A DNA stretch of 64,000 nt from Eledone cirrhosa. Its lineage: Eukaryota. Within the stretch, counting starts at the first letter, position 1. Each line of letters begins with the position of its first letter. Below the pieces are notes generated by a model that worked only from the letters and a program-made list of their open reading frames with translations, did no database searches and was not told where the DNA came from. Location: NCBI GenBank assembly GCA_964016885.1, contig OZ024757.1, forward strand, positions 2,728,001 through 2,792,000. Reading direction: 5' to 3'. This document shows, piece by piece, positions 30,461 through 42,138 of the stretch. The position numbers were made by a program, and so were the translations under genes.

Positions 30461-31039
30461 CGATGACACTAGGTCATCGTAGGTCAGTGACCTGAGAGGG
30501 GTCATACACAACACAGATTGTAAGAATAACAAGGAACAGGGGGTGGAGAAAAGAGAGGAAGGAGATAGAGAGAAAGAGATAAAGGGTGAAAGAGAGGAAA
30601 GAAAGAGGGGAAAAAGAGAGAGAGGGGGAGAATGAGAGTTAGAATGAGAAGAGAGAAAGAAATAGAGAAAGAGAGAAGGAGAGAAATAGGAGAAAAGAGA
30701 GAGAGAAAGGGAAAGAGAGAGAGAGAAGGAGAAATAGAGAGAAGGAGTGAAAGAGAGTGAAAGCAATGCTATGCCATGTGGGACAGGGGAAATAACTGCT
30801 GCCAGAAAACATTAGTTGGCAGAACCTGGTTACTTCCCTTGAATTACTGAAGCAAATCGATGAAAGATTCGGAGAAAATCTGTAAAGTTAGGAGTAGTAA
30901 GGGGAGGAAGAGGAGGAGAGGGAGAGAAACAATAGGTGAGAGAGAGTGGTGGGGGGAGAGAGGGAAAGGAATGGTGAGGGAGAGAGGGAGAGGAAAGGGG
31001 AGAAGGGAGAGGTTAAAACTGTTGTTTGTATGTTGTGTT

Positions 31040-34000
31040 AGATGTGGTGGTGCTGGTGGTAGTGGTGGTGGTGGTGGTGGTGGGGTAGTGGTAGTAGTGG
31101 TGGTGGTGGTGTAGTGGTGGTGGTGAGGGTAGGTGTGGTTGTGGTGGTGGTGGTAGTGGTGGTCGTGGTGGTGTTATGGTGGTGGTGATGGTGGTGTAGT
31201 GGTGGTAGTGGTGGTGGTAGTGTTGGTGGTGGTAGTGGTGGTGCTGGTGATGGTAGTGGTAAGGGTGGTGGAGGTGTAGTCGTGGTGGTAGTGGTGTAGT
31301 GGTGGTGGAAGTGGTGTAGTGGTGGTGGTGGTGGTGGTGGTAGTGGTGGCGATGATGGGGTGATGGAGGTGGTGGTGGTGTAGTCGTGGTGGTAGTGGTG
31401 TAGTGGTGGTGGAAGTGGTGTAGTGGTGGTGGTGGTGGTAGTGGTGGCGATGATGGGGGTGATGGAGGTGGTGGCGGTGGTGGTAGTGGTGGTGGTATTG
31501 GTGGTGATGGTAGTGGTGATGGTGGTGGTGGTGTTGGTGGTGGTAGTGGTGGTCATGGTGGTGGTGGTGGTGTTGGTGGTGGTGTTGGTGGTGGTGATAG
31601 TGGTGATGGTAGTGGTGATGGTGGTGGTGGTGGTGGTGGTGGTAGTGGTGGTGATGGTGGTGGTGGTGGTGTTGGTGCTGGTGGAGGTGAGGCGTTGGTG
31701 GTGTGGTGATGGTAGTGGTGGTGAAGGTGGTGGTGGTGGTAATGGTAGTGGTGGTGGTGGTGGTGGTGGTGATGGTAGTGGTGGTGGTAATGGTGGTGGT
31801 ATGGTGTTGCTGGTGGTGGTGGTGGTATGGTGTTGGTGGTGGTGGTATTGCTGATGGTGGTGGTGGTGGTAGTGGTAGTTGTGGTGGTGGTGGTGGTATA
31901 GTGGTGGTGGTAGTGGTGGTGATGTTGTGGTGTTGGTGGTGGTGGTGTTGATAGTGGTAGTGGTGGTGGTGGTGGTGGTAGTGGTAGTGGTGGTGGTGGT
32001 GGTGGTAGTGGTAGTGGTGGTGGTGATGGTGGTGGTGGTGGTGGTGATGGTGGTGGCGATGGTGGGGGTGATGGTGGTAATGGTAGTGGTGGTGGTGATG
32101 GTAGTGGTGGTTATGGTGGTGTAGTGGTGGTGGAAGTGGTGTAGTGGTGGTGGTGGTGTAGTGGTGGTGGAAGTGGTGTAGTGGTGGTGGTGGTAGTGGT
32201 GGTCATGGTGGTGGTGCTGGTGTTGGTGGTGGTGTTGTTGGTGGTGATGGTGGTGATGGTAGTGGTGATGGTGGTGGTAGTGGTGGTGATGGTGTTGGTG
32301 CTGGTGGAGGTGAGGCGTTGGTGGTGGTGGTGATGGTGGTGGTGGGGGTGGTGGTGGTGGTGGTAATGGTAGTGGTGGTGGTGGTGATGGTAGTGGTGGT
32401 GGTGGTGGTGGTATGGTGTTGCTGGTGGTGGTGGTGGTGGTATGGTGTTGGTGGTTGTGGTGCTGCTGATGGTGGTGGTGGTAGTGGTAGTTGTGGTGGT
32501 GGTATACTGGTGGTGGTGGTGATGTTGTGGTGTTGGTGGTGGTGGTGTTGGTATGGTGGTGGTGGTGTTGGTGATGGTGGTGGTGGTGTTGGTGATGGGT
32601 GGTGGTGGTGGTGGTGATTGTGATGGTAGTGGTAGTGGTGGTGGTGGTGGTAGTGGTAGTGGTGGTGTTGGTAGTGGTAGTGGTGGTGGTGGTGGTGATG
32701 GTGGTGGCGATGGTGGGGTGATGGTGGTGGTGGGGTGGTGGTAGTGGTGGTGGTTATGGTAGTGGTGGTATTGGTGGTGATGGTAGTGGTGATGGTGGTG
32801 GTCGTGTTGGTGGTGGTAGTGGTGGTGATGGTGGTGGTGGTGGTGTTGGTGGTGGTAGTGGTGGTGATGGTGGTGGTGTTGGTGCTGGTGGAGGGGAGGT
32901 GGTGGTGGTGGTGATGGTGGTGGTGATGGTGGTGGTGGGGATGGTGTTGGTGGCAATGGTAGTGGTCGTGATGGTAGTGGTATGTTGTTGCTGGTGCTGG
33001 TGGTGGTGGTATGGTGTTGGTGGTGGTGGTGCTGCTGATGGTGGTGGTGGTGGTGGTAGTGGTAGTTGTGGTGGTGGTGGTGGTATAGTGGTGGTGGTGG
33101 TGATGTTGTGGTGTTGGTGGTGGTGGTGTTGGTGATGGTGGTGGTGGTGTTGGTGGTGGTGGTTGTGGTGGTGGTGATTGTGATGGTAGTGGTAGTGGTG
33201 GTGGTAGTGGTAATGGTGGTGGTGTTGGTAGTGGTAGTGGTGGTGATGGTGGTGGTGGTGATGGTGGTGGCAATGGTGGGGGTGATGGTGGTGGTAATGG
33301 TGGGGGTGATGGTGGTGGTGGCGGTGGCGGTAGTGGTGGTGGTTATGGTGGTGGTGGTGGTGTTAGTGGTGGTGGTATCGGTGGCGATGGTAGTGGTGAT
33401 GGTGGTGGTGGTGGTGTTGGTGGTGGTAGTGGTGGTGATGGTTGTGGTGGTGGTGTTGGTGGTGGTGTTGGTGGTGGTGTTGGTGGTGGTGATGGTGGTG
33501 ATGGTAGTGGTGATGGTGGTGGTGGTGGTGGTGGTGGTAATGGTATTGGTGGTGGTGGTGGTATAGTGGTGGTGGTGGTGGTATAGTGGTGGTGGTGGTG
33601 GTGATGTTGTGGTGTTGGTGGTGGTGATGGTGGTGATGGTGGTGGTGGTGGTGATTGTGCTGGTAGTGGTTGTATTGGTGGCAATGGTAGTGGTGGTGAT
33701 GGTAGTGGTGGTGGTGGTGGTGGTATGTTGTTGCTGGTGCTGGTGGTAGTGGTATGGTGTTGGTGGTGGTGGTGCTGCTGATGGTGGTGGTGGTGGTGGT
33801 AGTGGTAGTTGTGGTGGTGGTGGTGGTATAGTGGTGGTGGTGGTGGTGATGGTGTGGTGTTGGTGGTGGTGGTGTTGGTGATGGTGGTGGTGGTGTTGGT
33901 GATGGTGGTTGTGGTGGTGGTGATTGTGATGGTAGTGGTAGTGGTGGTGGTAGTGGTAGTGGTGGTGGTGGTGTTGGTAGTGGTAGTGGTGGTGATGGTG

Positions 34001-35200
34001 GTGGTGGTGGTGGTGATGGTGGTGGCGATGGTGCGGGTGATGGTGGTGGTGGCGGTGGTGGTAGTGGTGGTAATTATGGTGGTGGTGGTGGTGTTAGTGG
34101 TGGTTGTATCGGTGGTGATGGTGGTGATGGTGTTGGTGGTGGTAGTGGTGGTGATGGTTGTGGTGGTGGTGTTGGTGGTGGTGTTGGTGGTGGTGATGGT
34201 GGTGATGGTAGTTGTGATGGTGGTGGTGGTGGTGGTAATGGTAGTGGTGGTGGTGGTGGTATAGTGGTGGTGGTGGTATAGTGGTGGTGGTGATGTTGTG
34301 GTGTTGGTGGTGGTGGTGGTTGTGATGGTGGTGGTGGTGGTGATTGTGATGGTAGTGGTGGTGGTGGTGGTGGTGATGGTGATGGTAATTGTAGTAGTGG
34401 TGGTGATGGTGGTGGTGGTGGTGGTAGTGATGCTGGTGGTGAGGGTGGTGATGGTGCTGGTGGTCTAGTGGTGGTGGTGGTGTAGTGGTGGTGGTGGTGT
34501 AGTGGTGGTGGTGGTGGTGGTGGTGGTAGTGGTGGTGTTAGTGGTGGTGGCGGTGGTGTTAGTGGTGGTGGTGCTGTGGGTAGTTGTGGTGGTGGTGCTG
34601 TGGGTAGTTGTGGTAGTGGTGGTAGTGGTGGTGGTGGTGGTTGTGGTGGTGAGGGTGGTGGTGGTGGTGGTGATGGTGGTGTTAGTGGCGGTGGTGGTGG
34701 TGTTGTGGTGGTGGTGTAATGGTTGTGGTGGTTGTGGTGGCGGTGTATTCGTGGTGGTGGTGGTGGTTGTAGCGGTGGTGGTGGTAGTGGTGGTGGTGAG
34801 GGTGGTGATGGTGTTGGTGTAGTGGTGGTGTAGTGGTGGTGTTGGTGGTTGTGGTGGTGTAGTGGTGGTGTAGTGGTGTGTTGGTGGTGGTGTAGTGGTG
34901 GTGGTGGTGGTGATGGTGGTGGTGGTGGTAGTGGTGTTGGTTGTGGTGGTGGTAGTGGTGGTAGTGGTGGTAATGGTGGTGGTGGTGGTTGTAGTGGTGG
35001 TAGTGGTGGTGGTGGTAGTGGTGGTACTGGTGGTGGTGGTGGCGTTGGTATTGGTGGTGGTGGTGGTAGTGGTGTTGGTCGTGGTGGTGGTAGTGGTGTT
35101 GGTGGTAGTGGTGGTGGTGGTGGTCGTCGTAGTGTTGGTGGTGGTAGTGGTGGTAGTGGTGGTGGTGGTAGTGGTGGTAGTGGTGGTAGTGGTGGTGGTG
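31040..35200 (+). repeat. Degenerate (GGT)n array, about 4.2 kb
   Basis: GGT/AGT/GAT triplets with recurring higher-order blocks; source of the poly-V/G/P/T/H ORFs. Confidence 0.97.
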
Positions 35201-35258
35201 TAATATACATCTTAGGTTAGGACATAACTGGTTATAAACTGGTTATACAGCTTTGGCT

Positions 35259-36118
35259 AGGGCATAGATTGTTATAAACACATCTTTTAAGGGTGTTATA
35301 ATATAAAGCTGGGGCTTAGGGCATAGATTGTTGTAATCACATCTTTTAAGGGTGTTATAATATACAGGTGGGGGTTAGGGCATAGATTGTTATAAACACA
35401 TCTTTTCAGGGTGTTATAATATAAAGCTGGGGCTTAGGGCATATATTGTTGTAATCACACCTTTTAAGGGTGTTATAATATACAGGTGGGGGTTAGGGCA
35501 TAGATTGTTATAAACACATCTTTTAAGGGTGTTATAATATAAAGCTGGGGCTTAGGGCATAGATTGTTGTAATCACACCTTTTAAGGGTGTTATAATATA
35601 CAGGTGGGGGTTAGGGCATAGATTGTTATAAACACATCTTTTAAGGGTGTTATAATATAAAGCTGGGGGTTAGGGCATATATTGTTGTAATCACACCTTT
35701 TAAGGGTGTTATAATATACAGCTGGGGGTTAGGGCACAGATTGTTGTAAACACATCTTTTAAGGGTGTTATAATATACAGCTGGGGGTTAGGGCATAGAT
35801 TATTGTAATCACACCTTTTAAGGGTGTTATAATATACAGCTGGGGGTTAGGGCACAGATTGTTGTAAACACATCTTTTAAGGGTGTTATAATATACAGCT
35901 GGGGGTTAGGGCATATATTGTTGTAAACACACCTTTTAAGGCTGTTATAATATACAGCTGGGGGTTAGGGCACAGATTGTTGTAAACACACCTTTTATGG
36001 GTGTTATAATATACAGCTGGGGGTTAGGTCATAGATTGTTATAAACACACCTTTTAAGGGTGTTATAATATACAGCTGGGGGTTAGGGCATAGATTGTTG
36101 TAAACACATCTTTTAAGG
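35259..36118 (+). repeat. 59-bp tandem repeat, about 14.5 copies
   Basis: gcatagatt recurs at 35262, 35321 and 35380; early copies alternate between two variants; diverged monomer near 36485-36530. Confidence 0.95.
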
Positions 36119-37015
36119 ATGAGATACATCTAACAAATTGCTATTTGGAAGCCAGACAATCTGTGTTTGGTAAAAATTGGTAACAAGGAAGTAGAAGAAG
36201 AAAAAAATAATCCACTGACGAGGTTTCCCAAGTTTCTCTCTGAGGTCTCCCCTACAGATTACCCTTGATAATGGATTGTAAATGTAAAAATATTTAGGGT
36301 TATTAAAAATTTCTAAGGTAACTTCCTATCCTCCTCACTCTTATACTTTACGTCACAGTGTTCTTTATCTTCTTCTGTCTTATTACCTTGGTAGTTTTAC
36401 CAAACACGCATTGTCGGGCTTCCAAATAATCAAACCTATTACTTAATTGCATCTCATCTTCCACAACACTTCAAGGAAACTATTACACCTTTTAAGGATG
36501 TCATAACATACAGCTTGATGTTAGGTCTTGCTGCATGTAAACATTCCAATCCAATGCTCTAACGACTTTCTTAATTCGCCAGCCACAATAGCAGGGAACT
36601 GTCGATTAATTAAGTCACATTGCGAGCGCATGCACTGATATGGAAATTAAGGAATCAAGTTTAGTTTTGCATTCGTTCATTTGTATTAGAAATAGCTCTA
36701 AGCTATTGATTATATTGATTTATCATCATGATATGATCTAGAAGATGGTAATTCTCTCCCAGAGATATGGAGATGATATACAGCCTTATCTCTGTGGTAT
36801 ATCCTAGAGAGAACAGTATACAACACAGTATTTATTATATCACACATATCTCAATACACGTGGAGAATGTTGGGATATATCTATCTATATCCCCCTCTCT
36901 CTGAACTGGTTCTCTCTCTCTCTGTCACTCTGTCTCTCTCTGGCTCTCTCGCTCGCTCTCTCATATATATATATATTACATACACACACACACACACATA
37001 TATATGTTATAATAT

Positions 37016-37194
37016 GGTGTATTGGCAGTATCGGTAGAGGGTCGGACGCCATGCTTTGACGTATAGAGTTACAGCATTTGCCATTCTGAGTTCAAATCCC
37101 GCCGAGGTTAACTTTGCCTTTCATCCTTACGGGGTCGATAAAATAAAGTACAAGTAATGTACTGGATAATTGCTAGCCTTGTGCCAAAAGTAGA

Positions 37195-37200
<6 letters not shown>
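37016..37200 (+). mobile_element. SINE
   Basis: Same family as 2350-2540. Confidence 0.9.
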
Positions 37201-37247
<47 letters not shown>

Positions 37248-37249
37248 AT

Positions 37250-38400
37250 ATATCAATGATATTAATAAATGGAAACTATATTTATAAAACCATATTTATT
37301 TTATTATATATATTTCAAGGGTACAACATTTTGGTACATTCTCATCAGATAAAATACAAAATGTGTTTTATAAATGTTGACATACCCAAGAAACCAGACC
37401 TTATCGGTTCAGGTTCAGTTTGAATAGTGAAAGAAACATTTCAAATCCTTAGGATGAATATGTAAATGAAGTTGAAACGTAAGGCTGAAAAAAGATCGTT
37501 ATATTTAGACGCTAGGTGGATTGGCAGTATCGGTAGAGGGTCGGACGCTATGCTTTGCAGCAAAGAGTTACGGCCCTTTACGATCTGAGTTCAAATCCCG
37601 CCGAGGTTAACTTTGCCTTTCATCCTTACGGGGTCGATAACATAAAGTACCAGTAATACACTGGGCAATTGCTGGCCTTGTGCCTAACGTAGAAACAGTT
37701 ATATTTAGACGCTAGGTAAATTTAAATAGTTATTAAGATAATTTATAATATGAAAAAAAGAGAGGCTAATATTAATGTTATGGTGTAAGAAAATTTACTT
37801 TTAAAGAAATATACAATTAAGATATATGCGGAATATAAGTAGAAAAATTGAATATATTATTTTGTATATGATTATAAGGTATTTTATATTAGATGTTTTC
37901 AAAGATGAGTATGTATTTAGATAGTATTATCTAATGAATGCATGTGTTAAATTATATATAGTGAAAAAATATTATTACAAACATCATAAGTATATTTAGA
38001 AACATTATCAAAATTATCACAAAAAAGATATATTTCAAAATATCATTGAAAACCATTAAAAATAATATCATTTGAAAAAGAATATCATTTGAAAAATATT
38101 AGATAAAAAGAAAAATATTTAAAAATCACCACAAAATCTCGACAAAAACATACTGCCAATGATTTTGCATGTTATTGTTATCTCAGTATTTAATTTTATT
38201 CATGTAACCAGGTCTATGTAGAGCATCATTGTAATATTCTGCCTTATTTTCAAAAATATTTTTATTAGCTGAAATGCGTGAAATTCGTTGTTGGACATTA
38301 TTGACAATAGTATTTTTTACATTTCTAGGATGGCTAGAATAGAAGCTTACATAGTTTAGGTTTTCATTAATCTTATGGGAAAGGGTGATATAGACCTGAT
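37250..38400 (-). mobile_element. Internally deleted Naiad-like PLE (RT thumb fragment, 3' region, HHR)
   Basis: HKINENLNYVSFYSSHPRNVKNTIVNNVQQRISRISANKNIF..YNDAL; HHR at 37297-37356: tattttat-CTGATGA-gaatgtac..gtaccctt-GAAA-tatata-TA-ataaaata. Confidence 0.8.
37515..37697 (+). mobile_element. SINE with TSD
   Basis: TSD gttatatttagacgcta at 37498-37514 and 37698-37714. Confidence 0.95.
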
Positions 38401-38502
38401 ATATATATATATGTGATATATATATATATATATATATAATATAACAAATATATATATATAATATAACATATATATATATAATATATATATATATAATATA
38501 AC

Positions 38503-38554
<52 letters not shown>

Positions 38555-38870
38555 ATATATATATATAAGATATATATAATATAACATATATATATATAAT
38601 ATAACATATATATAAAATATAACATATATATATATAATATAACATATATATATATAATATAACATATATATAAAATATAACATATATATATATAATATAA
38701 CATATATATATATAATATAACATATATATAAAATATAACATATATATATATAATATAACATATATATATATAATATAACATATATATAAAATATAACATA
38801 TATATATATAATATAACATATATATATAATATAACATATATATATATAATATAACATATATATATATATA
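38400..38870 (+). repeat. ataatataacatatatatat minisatellite (about 18-20-bp units)
   Basis: Tandem aatataacatatata units derived from (TA)n. Confidence 0.85.
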
Positions 38871-38881
38871 TGCTATATTAT

Positions 38882-39208
38882 ACGGCGGATGGTGCGGTGG
38901 AGGGGTAAGGTGGAGGGGTGGTAGGTGATGGGGAAGGGGAGACGGTGGGTGGGTGTGCGGTGGCGTGGGGTGAGGGTGGTGGAGCGGTGGACAGCACGGG
39001 CGCGGGTGAGAACGGTGTGGACGAGAGAGGGGGGGGGGGGTAACCTCTGCGGATGAAATGGCTGACTAGGGAAAGGGCCTGGGACTCGAAGTCAGCATCT
39101 CGGCTACAGAGGCGGCGGATCCTGAGGAGTTGGGAGTAGGGAATGAAGTGTTTAGTGTGGGGGGTGGGAAGAGGTGAAGTCGAGGTAAAAGTGGGAGTCG
39201 GTGGGTTT
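38882..39208 (-). pseudogene. Neptune-type PLE RT thumb fragment
   Basis: HTKHFIPYSQLLRIRRLCSRDADFESQALSLVSHFIRRGYP (IPYSQxLRxRRxCS..F..RGYP motif). Confidence 0.8.
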
Positions 39209-39534
39209 GAAAACACACACACACACATACACACACACATACGCACACATACACACACATACACATACACACACACACACTCACACACCCATGCACACAC
39301 ACACACACACACACATACACGCACACACCCATGCACACATGCATACACACACACATACACGCACACACACACATACACACACACCTACACACACACGTAC
39401 ACATACACACACACACATACACACACACATACACACACATACATACACACACAATACATACACACACACACATATATAATACGTATAGTTGTGGAACGTT
39501 ACCAATATATTCATTTGAAACGGCGTTCTTGTAA

Positions 39535-39860
39535 CTGTTGTTGTTGTTGTTGTTGTTACTGTTGTTGTTGAAACTGTTGTTGTTGTTGTTACTGTTGTTG
39601 TTGTTACTGTTGTTGTTGAAACTGTTGTTGTTGTTGTTACTGTTGTTGTTGTTACTGTTGTTGATACTGTTGTTGTTGTTGTTACTGTTGTTATTGTTAC
39701 TGTTGTTGTTGTTGTTACTGTTGTTGTTATTGTTATTGTTGTTGTTGTTGTTGTTACTCTTGTTGTTGTTGTTGTTGTTAATGTTGTTGTTGTTGTTGTT
39801 ACTGTTGTTGTTACTGTTGTTGTTGTTGATGCTGCTGCTGTTGTTGTTGTTGCTGTTGTT
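39535..39860 (+). repeat. (TTG)n microsatellite
   Basis: Source of the poly-Leu ORF. Confidence 0.95.
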
Positions 39861-40197
39861 AAGTCACATGGATAAATATTGTTTTCCTATATATGATCAT
39901 CATCATCATCAACATCAGTCCTTTACTTCTATAGTCGGGGTGGGGTAGGGGCCCCCACTCCAAATAATCCACCAACAGCGGCCATCAACAAATCTGGTGA
40001 CGTCATTTGTGTCCATTCCAAGAATTGTTTTTTTCGAGGAAGTTTTTACATTTTTTCAAAGTTATGAATGCTTTTAAGACCTTATAGGTTATATGCCGTC
40101 TGAAGAGCCCACGTTATCATAATTGGTAGTCCTCAGCGAAATATGTTTTCGCACTGAGTTTAAATAAACCTGAATCAACTGATTTTCGCCTCCGATC

Positions 40198-40260
<63 letters not shown>

Positions 40261-40379
40261 TATCAACGGTAAGTTGTGGGGTCTATTCTGCACGAAGAAC
40301 TCCATGTAATCCATATGTTGAAAATGTTGTAGGTTAAGATAAATCCCGGAAAACAATAAAACATTAAAAGGAAAACAGA

Positions 40380-40705
40380 GTCATGATATAAGTTAAAACA
40401 ATGAAATAAAAAATCAAGTCATTAGAGATATACTTCACTGCTTTACGATCGTTTCTAGATGATGATAATACAGTCTAGCTATACTTCGTTATTGATCTAT
40501 GTAAGGTTAGTTACAAAATATCAGATAAAGAGAATATTTACTTACATGCATATCACCAGCTGTTTTGATATTTTGTAACTAACCTTACATAGATCAATAA
40601 CGAAGTATATCTACATTGTATTATCATCATCTAGAAACGATCGTAAAGCAGTGAAGTATATCTCTAATGACTTGATTTTTTATTTCATTGTTTTAACTTA
40701 TATAT
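40380..40705. repeat. Fold-back with about 140-bp arms and an HHR-like remnant
   Basis: About 40388-40525 is the reverse complement of about 40563-40705; contains gaaacgatcgta but no intact CUGANGA. Confidence 0.8.
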
Positions 40706-40779
40706 ATATATATAGTGGTAGAACACTGGAAAGTAATATCCGTAGTGGTAGAACACTCAGTCCATGGGACGAGTTAGGT

Positions 40780-40975
40780 AGAAGTGGTTACACAACAGTT
40801 AGTTCACCATACCGAGAACAATTGTTTCACCTTAGCGGATCCTCAGCTCGTAATAGACATGGTTGTACGGAACAGGGCCGGTTCTGTATAACCATGACCA
40901 TTACGAGATGAGGATCCGCTAAGGTGAAACAATTGTTCTCAGTATGGTGAACTAACTGTTGTGTAACCACTTCTC
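40780..40975. mobile_element. Small fold-back HHR element
   Basis: Minus 40813-40850: cgag-CTGAGGA-tcc gctaa ggt-GAAA-caattg-TT-ctcg; the inverted copy at 40905-40942 has atgagga. Confidence 0.8.
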
Positions 40976-41187
40976 TCTCTATATATAAAGTATTTCCAAA
41001 GAAAAAGCAAAGGAAAAAAGAGTGCTCTATGTATAGAACAGAGCTATTTAATTGGAAAGTGAACAACACAATATATAACTACTCCAATACCTCTCTGTCT
41101 GATGAACGGTTTAGACATAAGTTAATATTGTCTAGGGTCCTGAAACCTTTGGTATTGGAGTGGTTATATATTGTGTTGCTCACTCTC

Positions 41188-41255
<68 letters not shown>

Positions 41256-41259
<4 letters not shown>

Positions 41260-41300
41260 CTGCAGTCATATATATATATATATATATATATGAACTGCAG

Positions 41301-41339
<39 letters not shown>

Positions 41340-41345
41340 CTGCAG

Positions 41346-41392
<47 letters not shown>

Positions 41393-41400
41393 CTGCAGTC

Positions 41401-41402
<2 letters not shown>
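41256..41402 (+). repeat. Compound repeat: tgaactgcagtca four times, separated by (TA)n
   Basis: Four identical 13-mers with TA spacers of variable length. Confidence 0.9.
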
Positions 41403-41426
<24 letters not shown>

Positions 41427-41431
<5 letters not shown>

Positions 41432-42138
41432 CAAATAACGAAACGAAATTAAATTTCGTTTCGTTTGTAACTCACTTTTGTATGACTGACGCTTAAACAA
41501 TTAAGTTAAAGATGTACATCCATATATGTATACTGAAATACTAGTATGTATATGAATACACACACGTATACATATGTAGATGTACCAAGTTTTTTTCACT
41601 GGTCACTTTACTGTGAGTGGCCAGCTATTCTGTATGTAAACACACAGACAAACCGGTTTTTAGAGTCATACTGGTTTTTGAGGAAACACCTTTCCTCTAT
41701 TCTCCAGAAAGCCAGACAAGGAATATTGAACTAGTTTCGTTGTTGTTACAACTCATCAGCAATATTTACCTATCTTCCGGCCTCTCTAGAGAATCGTAAA
41801 AGCACATATCGTTATATGCTTTTTCTATGAATATTTAGTAGTGGGCAGACTAATTTGCATAGAGTGTGAGTAAGTACCGGTTCAACGGAGACGATAAAAA
41901 CAAATAACGAAACGAAATTAAATTTCGTTTCGTTTGTAACTCACTTTTGTATGACTGACGCTTAAACAATTAAGTTAAAGATGTACATCCATATATGTAT
42001 ACTGAAATACTAGTATGTATATGAATACATACACGTATACATATGTAGATGTACCAAGTTTTTTTCACTGGTCACTTTACTGTGAGTGGCCAGCTATTCT
42101 GTATGTAAACACACAGACAAACCGGTTTTTAGAGTCAT
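41427..42138 (-). mobile_element. 1.5-mer of the 467-469-nt HHR element fused to a PLE body
   Basis: caaataacgaaacg at 41432 and 41901; HHR at 41722-41766; joins PLE coding sequence at 42139 with no TA spacer. Confidence 0.85.

Noticed and set aside
31038-35220. Extensin-, mucin- or Gly-rich-like ORFs
   Set aside because: Degenerate (GGT)n is open in many frames on both strands and has no unique coding flanks.
41256-41402. CRISPR-like repeat-spacer pattern
   Set aside because: The repeat is 13 bp, the spacers are pure (TA)n, the context is eukaryotic and there are no cas genes.
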